Below are positions 35,501-48,413 of a stretch of 64,000 nt of DNA, piece after piece (position 1 is the stretch's first letter; each line of letters begins with the position of its first letter). Both the position numbers and the translations under genes were made by a program. The stretch is from Hyphochytrium catenoides (lineage: Eukaryota; Protista; Hyphochytriomycota): contig FLMG01000885.1 of NCBI GenBank assembly GCA_900088475.1, positions 8,234 to 72,233 on the forward strand. The letters run 5' to 3'. Below the pieces are notes generated by a model. It saw nothing but the letters and a program-made list of their open reading frames with translations, was not told where the DNA came from and made no database searches.

Positions 35501-38379
35501 GACAGTGATAACATATGACGCTACGAAGTGCCAAGGAGACTCAATCTAGGCTCATAGAATCGAAGAAACTTCATGTCGCTGCCGTCTGTGGCCTATTCTT
35601 CTATCACCTACCCACATCATAAACATCGCCTGAAAGAACTTCGTCATTGCCACAGTGACGTACAGGGAAACAGGAACGAGCTGGTACATCAACAGGAAAT
35701 AGTAGAATACGCCTCGAATCCAGTTGGCAACAGAAGCACCAGCAGATGGAAGTTCTTCCGCTGTACAGCAATAGAAGATGTACCGAAATGGCAATTGGTC
35801 AAACAAGGGGTAGGTTAGCAAAAGCTACACTCGTCACCCCAGGCAACAACTCCAGCTGTTAGTTTAGTTGAGGAGACAATGAGCAGTCATGGACCCCCTG
35901 ACCCTACATATAGACATAACCCATCTGGAGGCAGGGCCGTAGAGAGCCCAAACACTTTCACAACAGAATACTTGGGAAGAGCCGGGGGAGAGGGGAGGAG
36001 GAAGAGCGACAGTGGAACTAGAATGAGAAGCGCTTACTCCTTTACTTACGGATGTACCAAGTCTCTCCTTTGAGAAAGTGCGTGTTGGCGTAATAGACGT
36101 TGATAGAAGCCGCGATCGCGCAAAGCGCAAACAAGAACCCAACCATGATTAGGATCAGCTGATTGATGATGTCGTTGATCCTGAGAGGAAGTGACGGAAG
36201 CAGTAGAAAAACGAATGAGTCGCGGTAGGTCCAGAAGCAAGAGTGGGTTTGGGATAAGCAAAATTGGAGCTTCCTTCAATCACTCTACCTCTCACTACTA
36301 TTCTCTGTGGCTACCCTGTCATCCCCTAGATCCTTATTCATGGTCTAGCGTTGTGTGCGCCATTCTTGACCCTCACCTGCTCCACTTGGTAGGTGCCTCG
36401 CTAGCAGACTGCATGATTTTGGTGTCATTTCCGGTGTTCACCACGAGGCCATAGGCCCAAGGCGTATTTCGTAAGACGCAGCCCCGCAGCAGAACATTCT
36501 TAGCGTCAACGGGGTACACTTGTCCTGGAAGATTCTCCAGTACGAGGGAACCAGCAAACTTGCTGCACGAAAAAACAACTTGAGTTGGTTAGCGGCTAGC
36601 GTTACAATATTGTCGCTTTAGGTGAACTGAGCCGGCGACGATGCCCCTGATGTTTATAGAAAGAAGCGCATAACAGAAAAGTGGAAAAGCGTTCTTGCCT
36701 AATGCTCGGATTGGGAAGTTCACAGTTGATGTAGGCTCTCAGCTTCCGGCAATCCTGAGGAGTGATCAAGCTTCCCATGGTGGGCTCCATCGCCTATAAT
36801 GACAAAGGTAAGCGGAGAAGACAATAGTACTTGTACACCCCAATATCCACCCAGAGAATAAATCCGTAACCAAGGGACAGGACATGATTACGGCCCGCTC
36901 TCCCGTGATGGAGACCGGAGACATCATACTAAAGACGTCAAAAGAACCAAACAGAAGAGAGAAAGAGGCCTTGATATCGATATTACCTGACGGAGCTTTA
37001 GGTTTGTCTCTCCGTCTAGACTCTTCGTCTCAACGTAGCAGATTCCTGCGGCGGGCTCCCCTTCGGCCTCACAAACGGCGAGTATCACAACGTCTGCTGG
37101 GATAGTATCGTATCCATGGATCTAAGATGTCACGGTCAGAAGCCAAACAGACATGCATGTGGCACAAGAGGTGGTCTAGCAAAGTAAGAGATGAACGGAA
37201 GATTGAGAACGACGTGGCAATTAGTGAAGTAGGTCTTGTTCTGCATCCGCGAAACCAGGATGCAGATGGTGGTAGTGAACAAGGAAAGAGATAATGCAAG
37301 TCACTGAAAGCTCATCACGTCTTCACCTGGAGGATATCGCCAACTACGACCTCAGACCACTTTTTCTGAACAAAATGTGCAGCGTTGCCCTCTTCTACTA
37401 ATACATGAGTCTTGGCAGAGTTCGCCTCGTTATCGGCTCTATGTCTTCTAACATCCTCCATCACCGCAAAGACGCCATCAACGAAAAGGATAAACCTGCA
37501 GAAGTAACGCAGTTAGTATACAATCCAGCGTAGCGCGCATTGCTCAGTGACGCTTTCTGCTTCTTCCAAACATGAGTTGCTATGCTATTAATTGCTTCTG
37601 CCCTCTCCAGATCTACTACCGTGAAGTTGCCCCGGCTTGTAGAGTCCTCATACGATACCCTATTCTCATTTTCTAAGGATACTCTGCTCGACCCAACTGA
37701 GCTCGATATATACTTACGCCAAAACAGGAAGGTTCGTCGGTATCCCAGCTGTATTACTGATCTGAGGGATGCACTGAAGAACAGAGACCACCAAGAAGTA
37801 GGCATTCGCCAACTGTAGGACAGCGGAGAGCGAATGTAGGACGTCCAGGAGAAGGCCATGATTACCACGAGAGGAACATTGGCAGGTTGAAAGGTTTCGT
37901 CAACTTAGACCCTGCTTTGAGCGTGAGAGTGAAAGAAAGTACTGCCCTTCTCACCTTCTGGAAGCTTTCCCAGAGAAACTTGGGCAAAAATGTAACGGGT
38001 GTGTACTTAGAGGTGATAATGATGTTGGAACAGAAGTCCCCCGTTGCATTCTTTTCGAGATTGTTGGCGTACACATATCTACCACCGAAACGACAGCGAT
38101 GTCAGAGGCAACGGATGATAAGCAGCCACGCACCCCTTATCTTCATAATGTCTCCCTCGAACTCTCTACAGTCCTTGCGTGCCCCTGGTCACGGCTACAG
38201 CCTCGCGACGTAAGGGTTTACCTGCTCTCAGCATCTTTAACAACACCAGTTGTTGGAAGAGATTTACCGACATCCCCCATATCGGCATACCCAGCCACAT
38301 CAGCACGCTGGACTCCGTTAGGAGCTTTGTCAAACTTCGGGCTGCCCCCGCTATCGGGAGAAGATATGAGCTCCGACAT
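29566..38379 (-). CDS. P4-type ATPase (phospholipid flippase), multi-exon
   Basis: [63 protein letters not shown] (phosphorylation site), [52 protein letters not shown] and [19 protein letters not shown]. One exon start lies in the N-gap at 32756-32810, and the start ATG is approximate. Confidence 0.95.
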
Positions 38380-39235
38380 GGTTTCTGAAGCCCTTGGGCT
38401 TCTTTCGTCCAGGTACGTCGTCCACACCTCTCCAGCTGGGTGCTGGAACCCACTCCAGCTAGCCAGGAGCTGCTAGAGGTTCTAGTTCTAGGCTCTATAT
38501 CATGAGCGCGACGGGAATCAGAACTCAATTAACGAAGTTCAAGCTTCTTTTCGCGATTATAAATGCAGAGAGTTCAACGTACCTCATACCGTGCAGAGCA
38601 CCGCAAGCAGTTAGGGTCACACTCCTCCTCGCGTGGTACAATGGAAGACAGCTCCCAGGGGAAGAGAGGGCGGGCTCGAGTGCGAGGTGAAGGCGGAAGA
38701 AGAGGATGGGACAGTGTTGGGAGAGTGAAAACGGAGAGTTCAGAAGAGAACCGTTACATGGGCCCAAATTGATTGTCTGATGGTAGCATTGCCTGTGATC
38801 AACGCTGCTAGCTAGGGCTGTGCTCTCCTCTCCCCTTCACCTCTCCCTAAAAGCAAGATTGACAGCCGTACTGGGCTCTAAGTGCGAGAGACAAGAGACA
38901 GACCAGGGAAAGAGAATCTCAAGAAGAGCGTGACAGAGCTCCGCCCCAGTTCAGTAGTAACTCTCGGTGGTGCTGTTGCGCAAGTGACAAGCACACCGGG
39001 CGGAATAGGTTTGGATTTAGAGGGATATTGGGTATGGTGGTTTATAGTGGAGTAAATAAATGCTAAAACCCCCATAAAGCATAACTCAGAAAAATAGTTT
39101 TTGGTCGTTCCAACCCTCACTCTGAATTTATTTCAGCCAATAAGAAGGCTTCTCGAGTCATATCTAAGCCGCTTGCGAATTTCTTATGTTTTATTTATTC
39201 GATAACAATCATCCCCTCAGCTTGTGATCTTCTTG

Positions 39236-39523
39236 TCAAGCGGAATATTCTTGGGTGGACAGGGGAGAAATGGTGCATCCCTGACAGTGTGAGAGCGGAG
39301 GGAAACAGCCCACAACAACGTCCCAGGCCTCCCCCAGGCTAAATGTCCAGGTACACTTCCTTCCCTGTGGAGAGCACCAAGAATCATAAGTCAGAGAGAT
39401 ACAGTGCAGACTGGCATGGAGCTTGGACATTGAGTCCTGGTTTGGCTGTTCTAGAAGAGGAAGTGGTAGTGGTGGTGATTCTGCTCTTTGGTTGATGGGT
39501 TTGATAGAGACCAACCCTGTCAT
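39236..39523 (-). pseudogene. Possible decayed hAT-type transposase fragment
   Basis: The translation CISLTYDSWCSPQGRK resembles the hAT first-catalytic-Asp motif (SLTxDxWTS). The surrounding DNA looks CpG-poor and gene-free. It is a short motif only, and no TIRs were identified. Confidence 0.25.
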
Positions 39524-42500
39524 CTCTCCAAGGCCCGTCTACATTTCGCACTTGTGCGGTAGGAAGTAAGTAGAGAAGCTCTCAACCTCCGTCTGTCAAG
39601 CAAGCCAATACGAAGGGATGGTTACGTCGCGTTTTCTGTGTTTGTGGGTGGCCTTTGGTTGGCCATCAACGGTAGATATTCTCGTACAGTAGAAGAGCTA
39701 TTATTACTGTATGACCTTCTTGTCTGATCAGAAAGCCTGGTATTCTTTTCCTGAACAGCCTACGATGTAGAACTGTAACACGCGAGCCCAATCAATGACT
39801 ACAGTCTAGGGGAAGTGCAGCAGCTGTAGATAGTTTCCCTTCCGCCGCCGGGGCGTTCTAGGATGAATCCATGCAGGCAAGCCCTAATAATGGGTAAAAT
39901 AGGGAGAGACTTGTCAGGAATCTCTGGCTGTATTATTAGTCCTACAGTACAGTCACGATTTGCTTAAATGCTCTTCGTTATCAACAAAGAACTGCTTTCT
40001 AGCAGTGTGTCATGGGGCAGAGAAGACGAGGAGCTACACTTGTCTAGACCAACAATATGGTCGCCCCAGCTTCGCTAAAGACCATGCGGAGTTAGGCATT
40101 TCGGCATGGAATAGATGAACCTCAATTAAGAAGGAGGGGTAGCCGAGAGTTCACGGACAAGGGTGTTGGCAGAGGCAGTAGGCTTACCGTAGTAAATCGC
40201 ACAGTCAGATGACGAGGCAGTAGGACCACAAGGCCGTAGTGGCTGGGCACGGCGGAGCAGTACCAGCAAACTTACTGAAGAGGCACTTCTGGGGCACATG
40301 AAAGAAGGGACCACAACAGCTGGAGGAGCAAGCAGAAAAATCGAGGAAGGACCGTAATAAGGGTTGTTGTTAGACAGCCTACCAGTCGGCCAGCTATGCC
40401 TCCACTGGCATAGTCAAGCACACGGCAAGTCCGAGCATAGTGGACGACGAATGATGAACAGAAAAAAGCTTTCTTCCGTGGCACTAGTATTTTATTATAG
40501 CAGGGCGGCGGCTATTAAGGTTCAGTAGGTTGCATTTACATCTAGTACAATGATTTATGGCGTGCCGAAGAGGAGAGGATCTCCTAGTGCTCTTGACGCG
40601 CACCTAATAACAAGGCAAAGTCTCATTATCATATGGGAAACGGCGACGGTGTATATTCCTTACTACTATATCAGCCTTCTCAGTAGCAACAGTATTCAAG
40701 TCCAGATGTTGAAGCACTTCGCAGCAAAAAGGTTACAGGATTTGTCACTGTAAAAGAAGTGAATAGGCTGTCCTCCTTCATTACGTTTTAACGGTAAGAA
40801 CAGAAACCCCATCCTAGAGATGTCTCTGCTCTTCATGTTGTTGCTGTTTTATTGGGTTGTTGCCCTTCTGGTTACAAGCTTTATAGTTCAGTCTAAAGAA
40901 CTAAGGAAATTCACAAAGAATAACAAAGCGTCCAAGAGTAAAGTGACTCTGTCATGTCGATGATCACGAAGCTCAAACAGAGATGCAGAAGTAAAAAGTG
41001 GCTCTGCAGGTCAGGTGACTCATCAACAGATGCAAAAAGAGGTTTCTGAATATTGGTAGCGGAACCAATGGAACCCCACATTAGCCGTTCATGATAATAC
41101 TGTCATCGGAGCGTGAAACAGCCTACTGCTGTGGATTCTACCAGGTAGAGGAATGTACTGATGAGAAGAAGACAAACCTTACCTACTAGAACAGTAGCCG
41201 AAAGCACCTCCAACCTCGAATTAAAGAGGTGTCTTTTGGTGGTCCATACAAACGAAAGAAATCAAGAGAAGATGAGAGAAGCCGTGGAAGGTTGGAAGAC
41301 TATAGAAGAGGAAAGAGTTATGGGGAAGACGGGCTTCATCATCACGCTACTATCTTCAATTATCATAGCCAAGCAGGCTGCTGGCATGCCGTTTTACCCT
41401 AGTTCTCAAGGGTAATCATGATAGATTAGCGCAACTCGACAGCAGCGGGACACATCAGTAGTAGATGCCTTATACAACGTCACCATCTCTCTTCCAATTA
41501 TTGTCTTACAACATACGAGAGGCCTGCTATTAGTGAAAGATCCACATTGCAGGAGGGACAAAGAAGAACCCATCATCTGTAGATGACACTCACCCCAAAT
41601 TCATGAAAGTCGCATCATCATCATGATGGTGTAGGTGCAAGCCTTTGTGATAGAGCTATCTGAATCGAACTATGATTGAGCTGTGGTGGCGAAGTGATGC
41701 TTGCAGCGATAGAGCTAGAGTATAATGTCACCACGGAAAGGCAAAGCTTAAGTCTTCGAGTGGAATATTTGCTTGCTGAGAAAGCATCACCATGAGTCTT
41801 GTACTTCGTACTCTCTACGGATCATCCTCCCCCATCAGTCGGCAGTATGATCGCCTTTTATTGCTGCTGCTGCTGCTGCCATTGGCGTGTAAACGTACGC
41901 TTTAGTTTTAGACAGGCTTTTGAGCTCTAGCAAGCGCCTTATTTATAAATCTGATGACAGTCCACAGGTGACAATTTGTGCTTGAATGAGAAGTTGTACT
42001 TTTACTGGGAATGTCTGGACATCTCTCTGTCTATCAGTTTTGGTGGAAAAAAAGCACCAACTCAGTACCAACAACACAAGCATGAAACGCACCATTCTGG
42101 CCCCATCCTACAGTACAGCCCCAAAGTGCCCCATCAATCTTCATCACAAGCAACAGAGCATTTTAGGCGATGGGCTAGACTGGATAGGTTGGGCTTATTG
42201 CTTTTTAGTTCTATAGACTTCGGCCACACTCAGCGTTGTTGTGGAGGAACGAGGACAGGGGTGGGAGGGGGGTTTGTTTGCCTTTTAGTCCACCCCAAAT
42301 TGAAGCTCGTTAGCCGAGGATAATACGTTGCGCTACGAATGCCGAAAGTATTATTCCTGTCACCTATGTGTAATGCACTGCTACGTTGTTAGTGAACGAG
42401 TATAGGGCTCTTATCTGGAATCAAGTGACATGCTTTCACCAAAGTATTGCCACTGTTGACTCCATCATTGAAAGGCCTAATTAAAAGTGGGAAGGGCTTA

Positions 42501-43691
42501 TGTAACATATAGGGGGAATCATTGACTGCACTTATTATGCATAGGGCGAACTCAGCTGTTGTGGGCAAGGAAAGAAGGCAGCCGTCTCCACCCTAACACA
42601 GCTATGTGATTGATTGAACCGACGCCTTAGAATGGGAATGGACGGAAGAAACTTGGAAGAAGATGCTTGTCTACCAGGTACAAAGTAGTACTTGTACTCG
42701 TCGCGAGGACAGACGAGGAGTCGTTACTACTTGGCTTGTACGACCAGCCAGCCAGCCACCATAAGTAAGACCAGGGCAGTAAGGCCCACGTTGTATGGAG
42801 CTCCATACCATCATTTCCCTTGATAAAAAAACGCCTGGATAGTCCATAAACAGTAGCTTGGCAAACAACTATCCTTGAACCTTGAACACAATCAAAGGAA
42901 GGCAGATGCCAAGAACGAAGACACACCATCATTGATTTATTAGGATCATTACTCTCTTCTATAGAATATGTATAGCTCCTAGTGTCCCACGAGATGGAGC
43001 CCCAACAAGTGCCTGCTGGTAGAACTGAAGAAACTACGAAGCGGGACCTAAGGCAAGGAACACTGTGTGGATAGTTACAGGTTCGTTCCAGTCCTCCTAG
43101 GGCCAATCAACAAGTGCAGTCTGGTGCGCAACAAGGACCCATCTTCATCTTCTGCTAGGCGAACAAGAGGAAGGATGACTAGCCCGCTGAAGGGGATTAT
43201 GACGAAAAGTTCGCAGCAGTAACCGTCGTCGCTATTGTTCTTGATTGAGGGTTGATTGTTCCTCTTCCTCACACTTGCTCTGCATAAAGCATGAAGTTCC
43301 AACTCTTCCATTACTTCTCACTTCGTCGTCACCTCTTTTGCTCACTGTTCTATGCGCATTTCCCTCCTACTTACCCCTTTGCGGCTTATACCTTATTTAG
43401 AGCAGCCTCCCTTGGCCAGTGTCGCCATCTTCTCTCGAGTCCTTAGCGCCAATTGTATAGGGGTGTACGGTCGTCCACTTCGTGTAGGAAGGAGATGGTC
43501 AACAGCAATTTCATTGGACTAGTAGGCGCTACGCCGCCGGCATCGCAACCGCTATAATGGTCAACAAGGATTATTGTAAGAAAGCTCCCGATCCATGTGT
43601 CGCTTGATAGGAGGGGCAGCTTCAGAAGGCGCTTAGACCTCTCACGAGTAAGTTGAACAGAGATCACTGCGTGTCTATTCTATCAAAAACC

Positions 43692-46538
43692 ATGGTGAAT
43701 CCGTTTAGCGATAAGAGCTTGAGCTCCCACATGTACCGAAAGAAGGAGCTGGTCATTGCACGGACTCCACTGCTTCGCGCTGTCAGAGATGCAAATATGG
43801 AAGAGCTCAATGAAGTGCTTCGCCTGGCTCTCGCCGAGGGCTCGAGTGAAGGCAAGGTAGAGAGTGGAGGTGACAAAAACCGTCCGGCTAACCTACGCAT
43901 GCATGTTCGGAGTGACCAGCTCCAGCAGATTCTTCTGAACACCGTCGGGCTTTTTGGGGAAACAGCGCTGCATTTAGCAGTGCTATATCATAGCGACCAG
44001 CATCAAATGATTGCTAAGTACCTAGTGGACCTTGGAGGGCCGCAGCTGGTTAATGCGATCATGACGTGTGAGTTGACGAAGGGAGAGACTGCTCTTCACA
44101 CTGCAATCATGAAGAGGGACACAGAGCTAGTCAGCTTTCTCATAAGAAGTGGAGCTGACCTTCAAGCGCGGGCCAGTGGCACGTTTTTCACCCACACAGG
44201 GGAATGCTACTATGGCGAGTATCCCCTCAGCTTTGCTGTCAGCGTAGGTCAGGTATGCTGCAAAAGAGAGAATCAAGTCTCGTTCTGATCCCTCATTTGC
44301 CGCTTACCTAGACCATCTCTTTCTGTTATTCACGAAACCGCGTTCGTACGGCAGGCAGAGATTGTTCAGCTCCTCCTTGAGAGAGGGGCTGATATTTTCG
44401 CTGCGGACAGCCACGGAAACACTGCCGCACACATGGCCATGTGGCACAACCAGGGCAGCATGTATAAAGTGTTGAAGAAGTACCAACAGGAGTCAATCCC
44501 GACCTCAGGTCCTTCAGAGGACAGGAACAAAATGAAAAGGAGCTCCACTCAGCTCTTGCTTGAACCAGCTGCAGTGGGCATCGGGGATCGTGAGAATAAG
44601 GATGGCGACACACCGTGGACATTGGCGGCGGAGAGGGCCTCTTTAGAGACCTTTACCGCACTGTTGCAATGCGAAAAGCAGGTAAAGAGAACAGAAGGGA
44701 GATTGGGACGACACATCATTGGAAAGGAGTGATCACCTTCATGCGCTTATATTTGTACAGGTGCTCTGGACATACAACTGCACTCAGAGCTGCGGTTTTC
44801 CAATGAATGCGCTTCGGCGAGCTCTAGAGACCGTGGTGGAGCACAAGCGAAGTGACCTCATGGCTGAGCCTTTGATGAAGATGGCAATTCAAGAGCTTTG
44901 GGAGATGGGCGGCAAACGGTTCTTTATCTCTCACCTGTTCCCCACAGTTATCTATCTCTTGTTCTTCTCGCTGGCAGTTCAATTGTGCGACTATGAGGAT
45001 ACTGAGTCTACCGTCATCACCTGCCCCGGCGAGGGGATGGCTATCCTCTCAGTCTGCCTCCCGATAGCCTTTTTGAATGCTGCTTTCTCCTTATACTCCT
45101 TTGGAGCAAAGCTCAAGCGTCAGAAGGGCCGAGCGTTAGAGAGCTTAAGAAGATCTTTCCAGGTCTGTGCTTCGACTCTGGGTATCCTTAACTAGTTTAT
45201 CATCCTCTTTCTGTCGCTTACAGTCTTGAGCCCCTTCTCACTGTTCTAGCTCGCTTTATAACTATCGTCTTTGCTCAATCAATTGCTTTGACACTTCAAA
45301 CGAGTCATTTTGACTCTAGCCTTGTGTTCAGGTAAATCGCTTCGCCAGAGACCCGCACGTGGCTAGATAGAGCGAGTTCCACTGGCTAACGTACTGCCTA
45401 TTCTTGCACTGCTGATGACAGGGTCCTAATCTATTCCTCTTCCTGGAGTGGGTTCACACCGGCTGCCTGATTTATGCCTTCCAAGCGATCCTATTTAAGA
45501 CAGAAGCAGAGGCCATGTCTGCCCTTGGTGTGGGAACTATTGTGGGCTGGTTTTCTCTACTCTACTATGCCAGCGCGATGTCCATATCAGGTCAATTTGT
45601 GGCTGTCATCCTGAGAATACTGACGCACGATATCATGAGCTTCGTCTGGCTATATGGACTTTCTCTCATAGCCTTTGCACTAACGATGCTAGCGCTCTTC
45701 AAGAGCTCTGCCAGCGAAGGGTTCAGCGATATAGGACAGGCCGTACATACCCTGGTTTTAACCTCTGTCGGCTACTTTGATACCTCGGAGTACCTCCTGG
45801 TAGATGATGAACTTTCATCTTCTCGTCCTTTCCCGTCCTTACCGTATTACGTCGCTTTGTCCTCTGCTTGGCCGTGTTCTGTCTCGGTCTATAATGCCTC
45901 TTAATTCTATCTCCTCCGGATTGTCTCACCCAGCAGTGATCTTCCGTATTTACTAATAGCTCTCTTACCTACAGGCAAGATCTCCGAATGTTGCTCGGGG
46001 CCTCTTCTTCACCTTCATTGTCATCAACAATTTTGCACTGATGAGCTTACTTGTTGCAATGATGTTTGACACCTTTGCCATCCTGGGCAGCACCCGAGAC
46101 GGAATCTACCTCTTACAACGAGCAGCAATGATATTGGACCTCGAGAGACGCCACAATGCCAACTTTATCCTGCAATCTGACTCGTCCAACCGCTCATCTG
46201 TTTGGTCTTTCCTCTCTGACCGTTTCAGACTCTTCATACCGTTCGGGCTAGGCAGCAAGAAGTGGGAGAGAGTGCAGATTCAAGGGCTGCCCCCAAAAGA
46301 TCTCGGGGAGTCAGGGAAAGAAGGATTTCGATCAGTGAGGCATTCGTTGTCGATAGATAACAGTATCCAGCACTTTGAGCATACCACATGGATACTCATG
46401 AACAGTATTACGCCTGAGGAACGCGATGCCCTTTTAGAGGAAGAGAGGAGGAAGAAGTACCTCAAGGAAGTTGTTCTTGAGAGAGTCAAGACCAGATTCC
46501 TCAACAAAGTGATTGCTCAAAGAGAAGCCAAACAATAA
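43692..46538 (+). CDS. TRPV-like cation channel (ankyrin repeats + 6TM + TRP helix)
   Basis: Ankyrin repeats GETALHLAV, GETALHTAI and GNTAAH. TRPV signature GADLQARASGTFF...CYYGEYPLSFAV. Six hydrophobic segments, S4-S5 SGQFVAVILRILTHDIMSF, pore FSDIGQAVHTLVLTSVGYFD, S6 LLVAMMFDTF and TRP helix IYLLQRAAMILDLER. Confidence 0.88.
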
Positions 46539-47849
46539 ACTATCGTGCGTCCTAATGCGAGGTAATCAATCGTAGCAGCAATGACCATGTTGCAGGCAAA
46601 GACCGGATGAGCCTGCTGTGTCTATGAGAGAGTGACCAAGGGAAACAAAGCTTAGAGACACCATTGAAGACCTCACCATTACCCGTAGAAAAGGGCAGAA
46701 ATACTGTGGACTCAACAGACAGAGGACGGTTGGCATCAGGTCGGTCTGAAAGTAAGGACCATCTAAAGGCAAGGGCACTTATATTCATGGAGATGGAGCT
46801 GGGCACCAAGAGACCACTTTCTTTTAATCTTGGCGCCAAGTTAGGTGCTTGAAGAAACTCTAAAGACAGATACTGGGCCGGGACCACGCCACCCACTGAC
46901 TGCGACCGACATTCTATCGACTAGCCTGATTACATCGGCTCGCCAAAGCGCTATGGCTCACCGATGCATCTCATTCCTGTCAGCCCAACCAGTCCTCTGC
47001 TGGAAACTAGACGCTCAAATCTGCCTATTGATGAACCTCACATAATATTAAGACAAGAACTCGTGGCGATCTTTCCTCAGAGATCTGCAGATTGTCTGGG
47101 ACTTCGAAGTGATTTTGATGAAATTTCTTGGCACAAAAAGAATAGAGCGCACCTTTAGACGTCACGTGCGAGAAGTAGGAGAGTGCGCACCTTGATGAGT
47201 CACAAACAATCAAAGACGAGGAGATCATTGTGCGCAATAGTAAGTGAAGAGGAAGCGTCATATTTTAGGTTTTGCATAGCTTATGGCGTGGTAATACTGC
47301 TGCAAGGGGTGCAGGCGCAGGATTCTGAAGACCTGCAAATACGAGGTCATCGCACCCAGATCTGAGCTTCAAAGCTGCCAGAGATCGCAGATTAACAGGA
47401 CAGGAAGTTTCCTAGAGTGAGTTCTTCTTCCCCTGAGTCCTTGTCCTTGCTGAGTTGCGCTAAATAAACATGCAGTGATGGATTCTTAGGCGAAGGAAGC
47501 GCCTCGCGGCGAGCAAGGGTCTTCTCCTTGTGCGTTCTTCCTGGGAAGGATGATGCTGACTCCTTCGTTGCTAAATTTAAGTCAGATGGAGTAAGAAAGT
47601 TCTCGTCTGCGCCTGCTGGCTTTAGAGGTCAAAATCTGCGAACTTCAACGCAAGAGTATTGCTTTCATCGGCGCACCTTAAGCTGCTCCTTTCGCGAGCT
47701 AAAGAACGCTTGGGGTGTATTCGTGGGAGGAAAAGACGTTGACGACACATTGTAGAAAGTCCTGGTCCAAGTTCAAACAGCACCTCGTCTTCAGAGCTGA
47801 GCACGAACCGAGTGAGTTTTGGTAACAGCCCTCGGTCTCTAGTAAGACA

Positions 47850-48413
47850 ATGGGAAGAATCTTCAGAAGATATCTGGAGGGCAAGAAGATCTACAGCTGC
47901 ATCCACTGCGGCACCCACATTGCCAAGCACGACGACATACTTTCAAAGGTATAGTTAACGTCTCACTAAACGCCTCGGCTAGATGTTTGCTCTAATCTTC
48001 AACTTTATCAGCAATTTCAGGGGCGGACGGGCCAAGCTTTCTTATTTGACAAAGCGTAAGTGTCTTGCACGCATTAACTCTATGAGGTAGCCCTAAAGTT
48101 TCCACGGCTGCAGTGTCAATATTACGCTGGGGCCCCTAGAAGAGCGTGTTTTGATGACTGGACTTCACACAGTCGGTGACATCTTTTGCACCACGTGCCG
48201 AAGCGTCGTTGGCTGGAAATATGTAAGTGGCTTGGTGTTCCTGCGTATTGCTGTCATATAAGAACCTAACAAAGTAATGATGGGTTGTAGGAATCTGCCT
48301 TTGAAGAGAGCCAAAAGTACAAGGAGGGAAAGTTCATCATCGAGATTGCCAAGACGAGGAAAGAGTGGATGGCTTCATCATCATCGTCCTCTTCTTCGTC
48401 GGTCTCCTCGTGA
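47850..48413 (+). CDS. YPEL: Yippee-like (YPEL) zinc-binding protein, 4 exons
   Basis: [33 protein letters not shown]|[15 protein letters not shown]|[36 protein letters not shown]|[18 protein letters not shown]. It is absent from the ORF track because the exons are short. Confidence 0.95.

Noticed and set aside
47470-47560. Possible C/D snoRNA (gtgatgga...atgatgctga)
   Set aside because: The C box is imperfect, and no terminal stem or recognisable guide was found.
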